Program-made: the position numbers and the translations under genes
Notes under the pieces: model-generated
What the model was told of the DNA's origin: nothing
The model's database searches: none
Seen by the model: only the letters and a program-made list of their open reading frames with translations
In this document: one piece after another, positions 8,451 to 17,806 of the stretch
How positions within the stretch are numbered: position 1 is the first letter of the stretch
Layout of the letters: each line of letters starts with the position of its first letter
NCBI GenBank assembly: GCA_043767805.1
Contig: JAYUGC010000144.1
Span: 1 to 25,608 of the forward strand
DNA: 25,608 nt
Direction of reading: 5' to 3'
Source: Pseudomonadota bacterium
Lineage (GTDB): Bacteria > Bdellovibrionota > FAC87 > UBA2466

Positions 8451-8804
8451 TCACTGCGAGGCATGGCCGGCCCGGGCTTTCAGGACCTTGGCATTGCCTT
8501 TGGCGTCGACCGAAATGTGCGTCTCGTAGAACCAGCCAGCCGGAGGTTCCATCCGCCAAATGACGAGCCAGGCGCCTTTGTCGTCTTTAGTGGCGCTGAT
8601 GGGCGGGATGTCTTTGAGCCATGGCTCGGTTCTTTTGGGCGGCTTGAACGTGGGCGTCGCGATGTGCGCGGTCCACGTCTGCTAAGCCCGGACGAGACTC
8701 GGTTCCGCGGCGGTTCGGGCCACCTCAATCGCATTCGTTTCCGGCGTGCTGGAAAGCAGGGCGGCGAAAGCGGCTCCCAGCGCGAGCAGTAAAAGCCATT
8801 TCAT
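8451..8804 (-). pseudogene. Small secreted protein gene (118 codons) interrupted by an in-frame TAG at codon 41 (8682-8684)
   Basis: Manual translation: MKWLLLLALGAAFAALLSSTPETNAIEVARTAAEPSLVRA*QTWTAHIATPTFKPPKRTEPWLKDIPPISATKDDKGAWLVIWRMEPPAGWFYETHISVDAKGNAKVLKARAGHASQ*. Starts 3 nt after the upstream stop, fills the gap, and has a signal peptide. Confidence 0.65.
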
Positions 8805-8807
8805 GAG

Positions 8808-10952
8808 TTAGCTCCGGCGCCAGCGGTGAAACGTTTCCACCCAGGCGAGTAGCCCCTCGGGGGCGTGTTTCTTCTTCCAGACGCCGGCCGCGTACTTATT
8901 GGCCTCGGCCCACGTCGGATAGATGTGAATCGTACCCAAGATCTTGTTCAAGCCAAAGCCGTGTTTCATGGCGGAGACGAACTCGACGATATAGTCGCCC
9001 GCGTGGTCGCCCGTGATCATGGCGCCCAGAATGGTGTCCTTACCCGGAACGGTGAGGACTTTGACGACCCCGTGCGCTTCCTGGTCGGCGATAGCTCGGT
9101 CGAGGTCGTCGATGCCGTAGACAGTGACTTCGTGGGGAATGTTCTTTTCCTTCGCTTCCGTTTCACTGAGTCCCACGCGCGCTACTTCCGGATCGGTGAA
9201 GGTGCACCATGGCACTACGCTGTAGTCCACCTTGAATTTACGAAGCGCGCCGAAGAGAGCGTTCACCGCCGCGAACCACGCCATGTGGGAAGCCATGTGC
9301 GTGAACTGGTATGGGCCGGCCACGTCGCCGACGGCATAGATGTTGGGATAGTTCGTGCGCAGATACGGATCGACTTCGACGGTGCCTTGTTTCGTGAGCT
9401 TGACGTCGAGCGCTTCGAGTCCGAAGCCTTTGACGTTGGCTTTGCGTCCGAGCGCGACCATCACCTCGTCGAACTCTACTTTCACTTCACGGCCCGCGTG
9501 CTCGCACACCAAGAATTTCTTACTCCCCTCGACGACGAAAGCCTTTGCCGCGTGATCGAGAAGGAGCGTCATGCCGTCCCGCCGGAAACTCTCCTGGACG
9601 ATTTCCACCGCTTCCCGATCTTCGCGGGGCAGGATCTGCGATCCTTTTTGCACGAGCGTCACTTGAGAGCCCAGCCGCTGAAAACATTGAGCGATCTCGG
9701 CGCCGATGGGCCCGCCCCCGAGCACGAGAAATTTCGCGGGCTTTTGTCGCAGCGACCAGATGGTGTCGCTGTCGTAGTGTTTGATCTTCTCCGCGCCGGG
9801 AAGAGACGGCGCCGCCGGGCGGCCTCCCGTCGCGAGAATGATGTTTTTCGTCGTCAGCCGATTTCCGTTCACTTCCACTTCATAGGGGCTCAAAATCTTC
9901 GCTTCGCCGGAAAGGCACTCGACGCCGAGACTCGTGTAGCGCTGGACGGAATCGTGAGGCTCGACGGTGCGAATCACTTTTTGCACGCGCTCCATGACGT
10001 CGGCGAACTCGAACTCCACCGAAGCTTCCTTCAGTCCGAACTCCTTGTGCCGCCGGATGTAAGAGAGCACCTTGGCCGACTTGATGAGGGCCTTGCTCGG
10101 CACGCAACCGGTATTGAGGCAATCGCCGCCCATCTTATGCTTTTCGATGAGGCAGACCTTCGCTTTTACCGTCGCCGCGATGTAAGCCGACACGAGCCCG
10201 CCCGATCCCGCGCCGATGACGATGGCGTTGTAATCGAACTTCGAAGGCTTCTGGTAGCGGCGAAGGTACTTGCGGTTCTTGAAATAGCCCATCAGTCCTT
10301 TGACGAAGAGAGGAAAGAGGCCGAGGAGCGCAAAGGACAATAGGAGCTGAGGGGAAAGGATGCCCTTCAACGAAGTAATCTGAGACAGCTGGGTGCCGGC
10401 GTTCACGTACACCGCGGTTCCGGGAAGCATGCCGACTTGGCTCACGAAAAAATACTGCCACACGGTAAGCGGCGTGAGGCCCATGACGAGATTGATGACG
10501 AAAAACGGAAATGCCGGGATGAGGCGCAGGGTAAAAAGATAGAACGCCCCGTCCTTTGCGATGCCTTCATTGATAGCGGCGAGCTTATCCTTGAATTTCG
10601 CTTGCACGGTGTCTCGCAACAAAAAGCGAGAGACGAGAAAGGCGGCGGTCGCGCCGATGGTCGAGGCGAAGGAGACGATGAGAAGCCCGAGCCCCAGCCC
10701 AAAGAGCCCGCCTCCGGCGAGAGTCAGAATGGTCGCGCCGGGGAGGGAAAGGGCCGTCGAGAGAATGTAGACGCCCATGTAGATCGCAATCGTCTCGGCG
10801 CGGTTCGCTTCGTAGTAAGTTTGAAGCGCGCTTTGCTGGGCCTTTAGGTACTCGAGGGTCAGGTACCGTCCGAGGTCGTACTTGAAGAAGGCGAAAACGG
10901 CGCTCGCCACTAGAAGGACGACGGCCACTTTCAGGATTGTCTTGGGCTTCAT
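8808..10952 (-). CDS. VTT/TVP38 (DedA/SNARE-associated) membrane domain fused to a class I flavoprotein disulfide reductase (MerA/LpdA-like), ~714 aa
   Basis: N-terminus SLPGATILTLAGGGLFG...LRLIPAFPFFVIN...GMLPGT (VTT). C-terminus GAGSGG (FAD), GGDCLNTGCVPSK (redox disulfide), GGGPIG (NAD(P)), YAVGDV, HIYPTWAE. ATGA overlap with the upstream gene supports the start at 10952. Confidence 0.9.
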   Translation of the reverse strand: MKPKTILKVAVVLLVASAVFAFFKYDLGRYLTLEYLKAQQSALQTYYEANRAETIAIYMGVYILSTALSLPGATILTLAGGGLFGLGLGLLIVSFASTIGATAAFLVSRFLLRDTVQAKFKDKLAAINEGIAKDGAFYLFTLRLIPAFPFFVINLVMGLTPLTVWQYFFVSQVGMLPGTAVYVNAGTQLSQITSLKGILSPQLLLSFALLGLFPLFVKGLMGYFKNRKYLRRYQKPSKFDYNAIVIGAGSGGLVSAYIAATVKAKVCLIEKHKMGGDCLNTGCVPSKALIKSAKVLSYIRRHKEFGLKEASVEFEFADVMERVQKVIRTVEPHDSVQRYTSLGVECLSGEAKILSPYEVEVNGNRLTTKNIILATGGRPAAPSLPGAEKIKHYDSDTIWSLRQKPAKFLVLGGGPIGAEIAQCFQRLGSQVTLVQKGSQILPREDREAVEIVQESFRRDGMTLLLDHAAKAFVVEGSKKFLVCEHAGREVKVEFDEVMVALGRKANVKGFGLEALDVKLTKQGTVEVDPYLRTNYPNIYAVGDVAGPYQFTHMASHMAWFAAVNALFGALRKFKVDYSVVPWCTFTDPEVARVGLSETEAKEKNIPHEVTVYGIDDLDRAIADQEAHGVVKVLTVPGKDTILGAMITGDHAGDYIVEFVSAMKHGFGLNKILGTIHIYPTWAEANKYAAGVWKKKHAPEGLLAWVETFHRWRRS

Positions 10953-12748
10953 GGTGTTTTCTCTCCGCGAAGCAGGGCCAGTGCTTGCTTGGGGGCTTGC
11001 CAATGAGGATCCAGCTGGGCGGCCTTTTCAAAAAAAGGCACGGCGCGCGAGGCCTGTCCTTTATCGACGAGACATTGGCCTTTGCCAAGGTTAGCCTCCG
11101 CCGAGCCGGGTTTTAGCTCGAGAGCTTGCTCGTAATAACGGAGCGCGGTCTCGCAATTCTTTTCTTCCCGAAACGTCGTGCCCAAGTAAGCCAAGGTGTC
11201 GGCATGCTTCGGCCGCGCTTGGAGGGCCGCGATGAAATGGGGCTTGGCTTCCGCGCGCCGGCCGAGCCGAAGGAGCACGAGGCCCATACTATATTGGCCC
11301 TCGGGAAGATGCGGTTGTCCGCGCACTACTGCCGCAAACTGCTCCAGTGCCATCTCAAAGTTTCCCAGTCGCGCGAGGAGCCTTCCATAGTTGTAATGAC
11401 CAGCGGGATTGTCGGGAGCGAGCCGGATGACTTCACTGTAATGATAAGCGGCCTCCAGCCATTGATCCTTTTCCTCGAGCAGCGTTCCCAAGTTGTTGTG
11501 GGCGAGAATGCTATCGGGATTGATCCGTATCGTGTGGCGGAAAAGCGCGATGCTATCGGTCCAATGCCGGACTTGCGCGTGGGACACGAAGGCCAGGCCC
11601 ACCAGTAGCAACGCAATCGCGCCTTGGACCACGATCCGCTTCGTGTAGACGAAAAGCCCGCCCACGAGGGCCGCGGGCCCTAGCATCGCGAGATAGACGT
11701 AGCGGTCCGCCACCGTGGAAAACTCCTGAAAAAAGAAGGGCACGAACCCCAGTACGGGCAGGAGCGCCGCCGCAAACACCGCGAACGCCGACTGAGTTCC
11801 GCGACGCCTGCGCAAAAGCAGAAAGGGGATGAGGATCGGCACCGCCCAGGTCGCCCATCTCCAGTTGGAGTGGAGAAGCTGCAGGGGATGACGGCCGTAA
11901 TCGGGGGCGAGCGCCGTGGGGGCCAATATTTTGGAAAGATAAAAGGTGAGGGCATCAAACGCGATGATCGGCCGGTCGAACCAGGGGGGCAGGTAGGAGA
12001 GGTTCAGGCTCGGCTGGCTGAGCTTTGTAATGAGGGCCAGCGGAATCGCCATGGCGAACCAGGGGATCAAGCCGAGCGCCGTGGTTTTCCAAGAAGCTCT
12101 TCGCCCCAAGGTCTCTATAAGGAAGGCGATAAGCGGAACCGCGATGGCGGACGGCTTGGAAAGAAGCGCCAGGACATAAGCGAGGCTCGCCCAGGCGTAG
12201 AATCGCCCGGCTTCTTTTTGGCCTTCCTGCCTTTTTCTCGAGAATTTTAAGAATCCGACCAAAGCGGCCATCGCAAAAAAGCCGGATAAAACGTCTTTAA
12301 GACCGGAGACCCACGCAATGGGCTCCACCTGCAGAGGGTGCAGGCAGAAAAAGAGCGCTCCGACCAAGGCCGCCCAGGGATTGCCCAGCCACTCCCAAAG
12401 TAAGGCCAAAGCTAAAAGGGTCGTGGCGAGATGGAGGCCCCAGTTCACCCAGTGAAAAAATCGAGCGATCGCCTCCCGGCTGGCCGGACCGGACGCCTTG
12501 CGCCCCCAGGTTCCCCAGTAGCGATCGAAGGCGGCTTTTTCCGCCGCCCAGACGGTATAAGTCATTGGAATATAGAGGCCTTGGTAGGGCGCTTCCCAAA
12601 TTCCCCAAAGGGAGGCGGGAGAGCTCAAGTGGGGGTTGTTCGACAGGTGAAGGTCGTCATCGAGCAAGACGAACTGGCTATTGCCCACCTCCTTATAGGT
12701 GAGCCAAGCCGCGACGGTAATAAGCGCTGCAAAAACCACGGTCCGCAT
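10949..12748 (-). CDS. TMTC-like multi-pass membrane protein (GT-C glycosyltransferase-like) with ~5 C-terminal TPRs, ~599 aa
   Basis: DD motif after TM1 (FVLLDDD), YIPMT, HPLQVEPIAWVSGLKDVL, ALLSKPSA, ADRYVYL, then TPRs (LAHNNLG...APDN etc.). Start uncertain; ATG 12748 was chosen. Confidence 0.85.
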   Translation of the reverse strand: MRTVVFAALITVAAWLTYKEVGNSQFVLLDDDLHLSNNPHLSSPASLWGIWEAPYQGLYIPMTYTVWAAEKAAFDRYWGTWGRKASGPASREAIARFFHWVNWGLHLATTLLALALLWEWLGNPWAALVGALFFCLHPLQVEPIAWVSGLKDVLSGFFAMAALVGFLKFSRKRQEGQKEAGRFYAWASLAYVLALLSKPSAIAVPLIAFLIETLGRRASWKTTALGLIPWFAMAIPLALITKLSQPSLNLSYLPPWFDRPIIAFDALTFYLSKILAPTALAPDYGRHPLQLLHSNWRWATWAVPILIPFLLLRRRRGTQSAFAVFAAALLPVLGFVPFFFQEFSTVADRYVYLAMLGPAALVGGLFVYTKRIVVQGAIALLLVGLAFVSHAQVRHWTDSIALFRHTIRINPDSILAHNNLGTLLEEKDQWLEAAYHYSEVIRLAPDNPAGHYNYGRLLARLGNFEMALEQFAAVVRGQPHLPEGQYSMGLVLLRLGRRAEAKPHFIAALQARPKHADTLAYLGTTFREEKNCETALRYYEQALELKPGSAEANLGKGQCLVDKGQASRAVPFFEKAAQLDPHWQAPKQALALLRGEKTP

Positions 12749-12932
12749 GAAGTGCCCAACTATACTGGGCAGTTGCCGAGGTTGATTGGTGCGCCGGGTA
12801 AAACCGGGTCCGCGGGCGCCGTTACCCACCCTTCACGCCGTTAACGGGGGTGCGCTGGTAACCTCTTGATTTTGCTGTTTCTTGGCCTAGTCACTTTGCC
12901 TTTGAGGTACCTTTGTGCTACATCAAACCACT

Positions 12933-15011
12933 ATGTCCAAAGAGCCCGATCTCGAACCCACGGAAAATCTGTCCCCAGACGAATCCAGCGACAAAAAATT
13001 CCGCCTGGGTGTGCCTCGTTTGAAGAAGGGCCCAACGGGACCCGGACTTCCGAAAAATAAAATCCCGGGATGGCAGGGACGAAACGGATTGTGGACTTGG
13101 ATCCTCTTCGGCGTCGCCGTGATCCTTCTCGTCTCCGTGTACTCGCGCCCCGATTTCGCTTCGAAAGAAATTTCGTACAGCCAATTCAAGGAAAAAATCC
13201 GCACGGGCGAGATCAAGCGCGTCGTTCTCTCGCAGAACATCAACAAGGGTTTTATCGAGGAGAACCCGCCTCAGACGTCGGGCCTCAATCAAGTTCCGGT
13301 CACCTACTACGTCACCATGGCGGTGACCGATCCGAGTCTGATTCCGTTGATGGATGAGAAAAAGATTTTCTACGAAGCGGAAAACGTCGTGCTGAAGAAT
13401 TTCTTCTGGCACTGGGTACTTCCGCTGCTCGTGCTGCTCCTCGTGTGGCGCGTGCTCTTTTCGCGCGCGTTCCGCATGGGTCCCGGCGCCGGCCTGATGA
13501 GCTTCGGCAAGAACCGGGCGCGTCTCGTGGTCGACGACGCCAGAAAATGCACGTTTGACGACGTGGCCGGCGTGGAAGAAGCCAAAGAAGAGCTCCTCGA
13601 GGTCATCGAGTTCCTAAAGACCCCTCAGAAGTTTCGCGCCATCGGCGGCAAGATTCCTAAAGGCATTCTGCTCGTCGGTCCTCCCGGAACGGGCAAAACG
13701 CTCCTCGCCCGCGCGGTCGCCGGCCAGGCGGGCGTTCCGTTTTTCTCCTTAAGCGGCTCCGAGTTCGTGGAAATGTTCGTCGGCGTGGGCGCGGCCCGCG
13801 TGCGCGATCTCTTCGCTCAAGCCGTCGAGAAGAGCCCTTGCATCATTTTCATCGACGAGCTCGACGCCATTGGAAAGGTCCGCAGTGCCGTGTCCCCCAT
13901 GGGCGGCCACGACGAGCGTGAACAAACTTTGAATCAGCTCTTGGTCGAGATGGACGGTTTCGATACCCGTACGGGCGTGATCATCATGGCAGCGACCAAC
14001 CGCCCCGAGACTCTCGACCCCGCGCTGCTGCGTGCCGGCCGTTTCGATCGCCAGGTCTTGGTGGATCGTCCCGACGTCAAAGGCCGCGAGGCCATTTTGA
14101 AGATTCATTCCCGCAACGTGAAGATGTCGCCGGCGCTCGATCTCAAAATCGTCGCGTCCCGCACCCCCGGTTTTGTGGGCGCGGATCTCGCCAACGTCGT
14201 GAACGAAGCGGCGCTGCTCGCGGTTAGGAAGAACAAGGAAATCGTCGAGATGGTGGACTTCGATGACGCCATCGATCGCGTCATCGCGGGCCTTCAAAAG
14301 AAGACCCGGCTCATCAACCTGGTCGAGAAGGAAATCGTCTCTCATCATGAGACGGGCCACGCCATCGTCACCTTCTTCACGCCTGGCACCGATCCGGTCC
14401 ACAAGATTTCCGTCATTCCGCGAGGCTTCGGCGCTCTCGGTTACACCATGAACTTGCCGAAGGAAGACCGTTACCTCATGACCCGTACCGAGCTTTTGGG
14501 CCGTATCGACGTGCTCTTCGGCGGCCGGGTCACCGAGGAAGTGATGTTCAACGAGATCTCCACGGGAGCCTCCGACGACATCCAAAAAGCCACCGACATC
14601 GCCAAGCGCATGGTGATGGAGTTCGGCATGAGCGAAGTATGTGGGCCGCGAGCCTTTACGGGAGAGCGCGCGTCGTTCCTCCAGGGCGGCGCCATGGGAG
14701 CTACGAACGATTATAGCGAGTCCACTTCGGAAGCGATCGACGGCGAGATCAAGCGCATCCTCGAAGAGTCGTATCGCCGCGTGCGCACCATAGTCGAGTC
14801 CAAGCAGGGACTCATCCGCCACATCGCCGCCTTTCTGAACGAAAAGGAAGTGATCGAAGGCAAAGAGTTCGTAGAGTTGATTGAGAAATACGAAGGCAAG
14901 GTACCGGGCGAGGAAGGCCGCGAGGAAAACTCGCCGTCTCCGAAAGGAAACGGAGGCGTGACGTTTGCGCCTCCTCCTCCGCCTGAGCCGGAGAGTCCGG
15001 CAGCCTTGTAA
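12933..15011 (+). CDS. ftsH: ATP-dependent zinc metalloprotease FtsH, ~692 aa
   Basis: Two TMs; FDDVAG; Walker A GPPGTGKT; pore FVEMFVG; Walker [31 protein letters not shown]; zinc motif HETGH. Confidence 0.97.
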   Translation: MSKEPDLEPTENLSPDESSDKKFRLGVPRLKKGPTGPGLPKNKIPGWQGRNGLWTWILFGVAVILLVSVYSRPDFASKEISYSQFKEKIRTGEIKRVVLSQNINKGFIEENPPQTSGLNQVPVTYYVTMAVTDPSLIPLMDEKKIFYEAENVVLKNFFWHWVLPLLVLLLVWRVLFSRAFRMGPGAGLMSFGKNRARLVVDDARKCTFDDVAGVEEAKEELLEVIEFLKTPQKFRAIGGKIPKGILLVGPPGTGKTLLARAVAGQAGVPFFSLSGSEFVEMFVGVGAARVRDLFAQAVEKSPCIIFIDELDAIGKVRSAVSPMGGHDEREQTLNQLLVEMDGFDTRTGVIIMAATNRPETLDPALLRAGRFDRQVLVDRPDVKGREAILKIHSRNVKMSPALDLKIVASRTPGFVGADLANVVNEAALLAVRKNKEIVEMVDFDDAIDRVIAGLQKKTRLINLVEKEIVSHHETGHAIVTFFTPGTDPVHKISVIPRGFGALGYTMNLPKEDRYLMTRTELLGRIDVLFGGRVTEEVMFNEISTGASDDIQKATDIAKRMVMEFGMSEVCGPRAFTGERASFLQGGAMGATNDYSESTSEAIDGEIKRILEESYRRVRTIVESKQGLIRHIAAFLNEKEVIEGKEFVELIEKYEGKVPGEEGREENSPSPKGNGGVTFAPPPPPEPESPAAL

Positions 15012-15050
15012 GCAACCGAGATTGACCAAAAGGATCATAGAGGAGTGTCG

Positions 15051-15251
15051 ATGGAAAAAAAGCATTTGGATAAGCGGGTAGCCGAGCGCTACGTCGCCAA
15101 GGGCCTTCTGAAGAAGGAAGATTTGGAAAAGCATCTCAAAGCCCTCCCGGACAGCGAAGCCGACGGCATTTGGGTACAGATGGATCTCCATGACACCGAG
15201 GTTGGCGAAGATTCCGACGACCTCGATGAAGACGAATCCGAAGAAGCCTAA
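15051..15251 (+). CDS. Small hypothetical protein with acidic tail, 66 aa
   Basis: GAGGAG RBS; helical core LDKRVAERYVAKGLLKKEDLEKHLKALPD; D/E-rich C-terminus; lies within the operon. Confidence 0.8.
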   Translation: MEKKHLDKRVAERYVAKGLLKKEDLEKHLKALPDSEADGIWVQMDLHDTEVGEDSDDLDEDESEEA

Positions 15252-15281
15252 AAACTTTCCAGCGAAGGATAAGGTGCCGTC

Positions 15282-15941
15282 GTGAAGAATAACGGCGTTC
15301 CCATTTTGGCGGAGGGAGTTCCCTTTGTCCTGATTGCGGCGGGGGCGGCCATTGCCTTCTACGTGGGCGGGCTTTGGACGATTTCCCTCTTCTTCTGGCT
15401 GACTACGGCCTACATTCTCTACTTTTTCCGTAATCCCGAGCGGCTTCCGCCCGTGGGGAGCAATATGGTCGCGGCTCCCGCCGACGGCCGGGTGATCTTC
15501 GCCGGCGAAGCGATGGAGACGGAGTTCACGAAGCAGAAGATGCGCAAAGTCAGCATCTTCATGAATCTCTTCGACGTGCACGTGAACCGGGTGCCGGCCG
15601 ACGGTACGGTGAAAAACGTGAAGTACAAGAAGGGCCGTTTCATGGCCGCTTCCGAAGATCGCGCTTCCGAGGAGAACGAGAGCAACTCGCTTCTTTTCGA
15701 GACTCAGAACGGCGATCCGCTCGTTATGGTTCAGGTGGCGGGACTCGTCGCTAGACGCATCATCTGCTATCCGACCATCGGCGCTTTCATCCTGAAGGGT
15801 CAGCGCATGGGTCTCATCCGTTTCGGAAGCCGGGTCGATATATACGTCCCGCTCTCGGCGGAGCTCCTGGTGAAACTGGGTGAAAAAGTTTTGGGCGGCG
15901 AGACCACCATCGCGAAACTCAAGGACGCGGGGAACGCCTAA
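15282..15941 (+). CDS. psd: Phosphatidylserine decarboxylase proenzyme (short type)
   Basis: FFRNPER, APADGRV, SIFMNLFDVHVNR, QVAGLVARRI, and the self-cleavage motif RFGSRVD. Confidence 0.95.
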   Translation: MKNNGVPILAEGVPFVLIAAGAAIAFYVGGLWTISLFFWLTTAYILYFFRNPERLPPVGSNMVAAPADGRVIFAGEAMETEFTKQKMRKVSIFMNLFDVHVNRVPADGTVKNVKYKKGRFMAASEDRASEENESNSLLFETQNGDPLVMVQVAGLVARRIICYPTIGAFILKGQRMGLIRFGSRVDIYVPLSAELLVKLGEKVLGGETTIAKLKDAGNA

Positions 15942-16726
15942 TGCGTAAGCGCGATCGGCATGCTTATATTTTGATCCTTCCGAGTCTTTTCACGACGGGA
16001 AATCTCTTTTGCGGATTTTTCTCGATCGTGCACTCGATGAATCACGATCTGCTGAGCGCGTCTTACGCGATTCTGCTTGCGGGCGTCTTCGACGTCCTCG
16101 ACGGCCGGGTCGCGCGCATGGCGAAAGCCACCTCGAAGTTTGGCGTGGAGTACGACTCCATCGCCGACGTGGTCTCGTTCGGCATCGCCCCGGCGCTGCT
16201 CCTTTACTCGTGGATGCTTCATGGCTACGGGCGAGTGGGCTGGGCGGGCGCGTTTTTCTTCGCGGCCTGCGGCGCTCTCCGTCTCGCACGCTTTAACTCC
16301 ATGGCGGATGAGGACATGCCGAAGAGCTACTTCATCGGCCTTCCCATTCCGGCCGCGGCCAACGTCGTGGCAACACTGGTGATTGCTTATCACGACACCC
16401 CGTTTGCCTGGGCCCAGTTCGTCGTGCTGCCGCTCGCTTTCGCGCTCGGTCTCTTGATGGTGAGCAGCATCCGTTACCGGAGCTTCAAGGATTTCGACGT
16501 TCGCCACAAGCGCAACTTCTTCTGGCTGGTGCTGCTCGTCGGTATGCTCGCCTTCATCGCCATTCGCCCGGAGCTTTCGATGGTAGTGCTCTTTGGCTAC
16601 TACGCGGCTTGGGGCCCTCTGCGCGAAATCATGGTTTTGCTCAAACGCCTCACGGGGCGCGGCCGCCCGATTCCTTTGGAAGTTACGGAAGCGGCCAAGA
16701 AAAAAGAAGGGGAAGGACGCCCATGA
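15941..16726 (+). CDS. pssA: CDP-diacylglycerol--serine O-phosphatidyltransferase
   Basis: CDP-alcohol phosphotransferase motif DVLDGRVAR...FGVEYDSIADVVSFGIAP; LRLARFN; FIGLPIP; coupled to psd (TAATG overlap). Confidence 0.95.
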   Translation: MRKRDRHAYILILPSLFTTGNLFCGFFSIVHSMNHDLLSASYAILLAGVFDVLDGRVARMAKATSKFGVEYDSIADVVSFGIAPALLLYSWMLHGYGRVGWAGAFFFAACGALRLARFNSMADEDMPKSYFIGLPIPAAANVVATLVIAYHDTPFAWAQFVVLPLAFALGLLMVSSIRYRSFKDFDVRHKRNFFWLVLLVGMLAFIAIRPELSMVVLFGYYAAWGPLREIMVLLKRLTGRGRPIPLEVTEAAKKKEGEGRP

Positions 16727-17766
16727 AACTGCCGCACTTGGAAAGCATTTCTTCCATCGCCCTCGTCGGAGCCACGGGCCTCGTCGGCCAGGAGTTTCTC
16801 GCGATTCTCGCGGAACATAAGATTAAGTTTCCGAAGCTGAAGCTTCTCGCTTCCGGCAATTCCGTGGGCGAGTTCATGGAAGTCGGCGCGACTCGCGTCG
16901 CGGTCGAAGAGCTGACCGAAGCTGCGTTCGAAGGCGTGGAAGTCGCCTTCTTCTCGACGCCGGCCGAAGTCACTAAAAAATACGTTCCCGCGGCCGTCGA
17001 GCGCGGTTGCCTGGTCGTCGACGATTCCAACTGCTACCGCATGCAGAAAAACGTCGCGCTCATCATTCCGCAGGTGAACGGCTCTTTGCTCAAAGACTTC
17101 GAGGGCCGGATCGTGGCGACGCCTAACTGCACGACGACGCCTCTCGCGATGATTTTAAAGCCTCTGTCCGATGCTTTTGGCATCGAGCGCGTGGTGGCCT
17201 CGACCTATCAGTCGGTCTCGGGCGCCGGAAGACGCGCGAACGAGGAGCTCTCGCACCAGTGTGCGGCGCTCTTGAACGGCCAAGGGGACGACGATCCTCA
17301 GGTGTTTGCCCATCCCATCGCGTTCAACTGTCTGCCGGCCATCGGCACGGTGCTGGAGAATGGCTATACCGAGGAAGAGGAAAAAGTCGGCAACGAGCTC
17401 AGAAAGATCCTGGCCCTTCCGAAGCTCAAAGTGACGGCGACCGCGGTCCGCGTGCCGACCTTCACGGGGCATGGTTTGTCGGCGACGGTCGAGCTCAAGG
17501 AAGAGTTCAACTCCGTCGACGAGATCCGGGAAATGCTCGAGAAGTTCCCGGGCGTTCGCGTGCTAGATAAGCCCGATAGCCACATTTATCCGACCAACCG
17601 CGAAGTGACCGGCGCCGATCTGACGTTCGTGGGCCGCATCCGGCGGGACACGACGGTCAAGTCCGGGTTAAGCTTCTGGGTCATGGCGGACAATTTGCGC
17701 AAAGGCGCGGCTTTGAACGTTTTAGAGATTTTGAACACCTTGTACGGCTACCGACGCATGAACTGA
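16723..17766 (+). CDS. asd: Aspartate-semialdehyde dehydrogenase, ~347 aa
   Basis: GATGLVG, PNCTT (catalytic Cys), STYQSVSGAG, VRVPTFTGH, DNLRKGAALN; ATGA overlap with pssA. Confidence 0.93.
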   Translation: MKLPHLESISSIALVGATGLVGQEFLAILAEHKIKFPKLKLLASGNSVGEFMEVGATRVAVEELTEAAFEGVEVAFFSTPAEVTKKYVPAAVERGCLVVDDSNCYRMQKNVALIIPQVNGSLLKDFEGRIVATPNCTTTPLAMILKPLSDAFGIERVVASTYQSVSGAGRRANEELSHQCAALLNGQGDDDPQVFAHPIAFNCLPAIGTVLENGYTEEEEKVGNELRKILALPKLKVTATAVRVPTFTGHGLSATVELKEEFNSVDEIREMLEKFPGVRVLDKPDSHIYPTNREVTGADLTFVGRIRRDTTVKSGLSFWVMADNLRKGAALNVLEILNTLYGYRRMN

Positions 17767-17806
17767 CGACTCGCGCCTCACGGCTCGGGCCCTTCCACGG
17801 TAGGCG

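Noticed and set aside
8682..8684. Genome-wide TAG recoding or pyrrolysine
   Set aside because: The S8 peptidase and truA end at TAG in sensible places, and no pyl genes are present in the window.
8463..8792. 109-aa plus-strand ORF and 84-aa minus-strand ORF (8480-8734) in the gap
   Set aside because: The TAG-interrupted minus-strand frame 8804-8451 fits better: signal peptide, operon spacing and protein-like composition.
8808..10952. merA or lpdA gene symbol
   Set aside because: Lacks the MerA C-terminal CC and the LpdA HPTxxE His; no mer or 2-oxoacid dehydrogenase genes adjacent.
13749..15581. 610-aa antisense ORF over ftsH-psd (and similar long antisense ORFs at 3796-5109, 5581-6813, 8865-10343, 23835-25079)
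   Set aside because: Shadow frames expected opposite high-GC3 genes; no motifs, and they overlap well-supported genes almost entirely.
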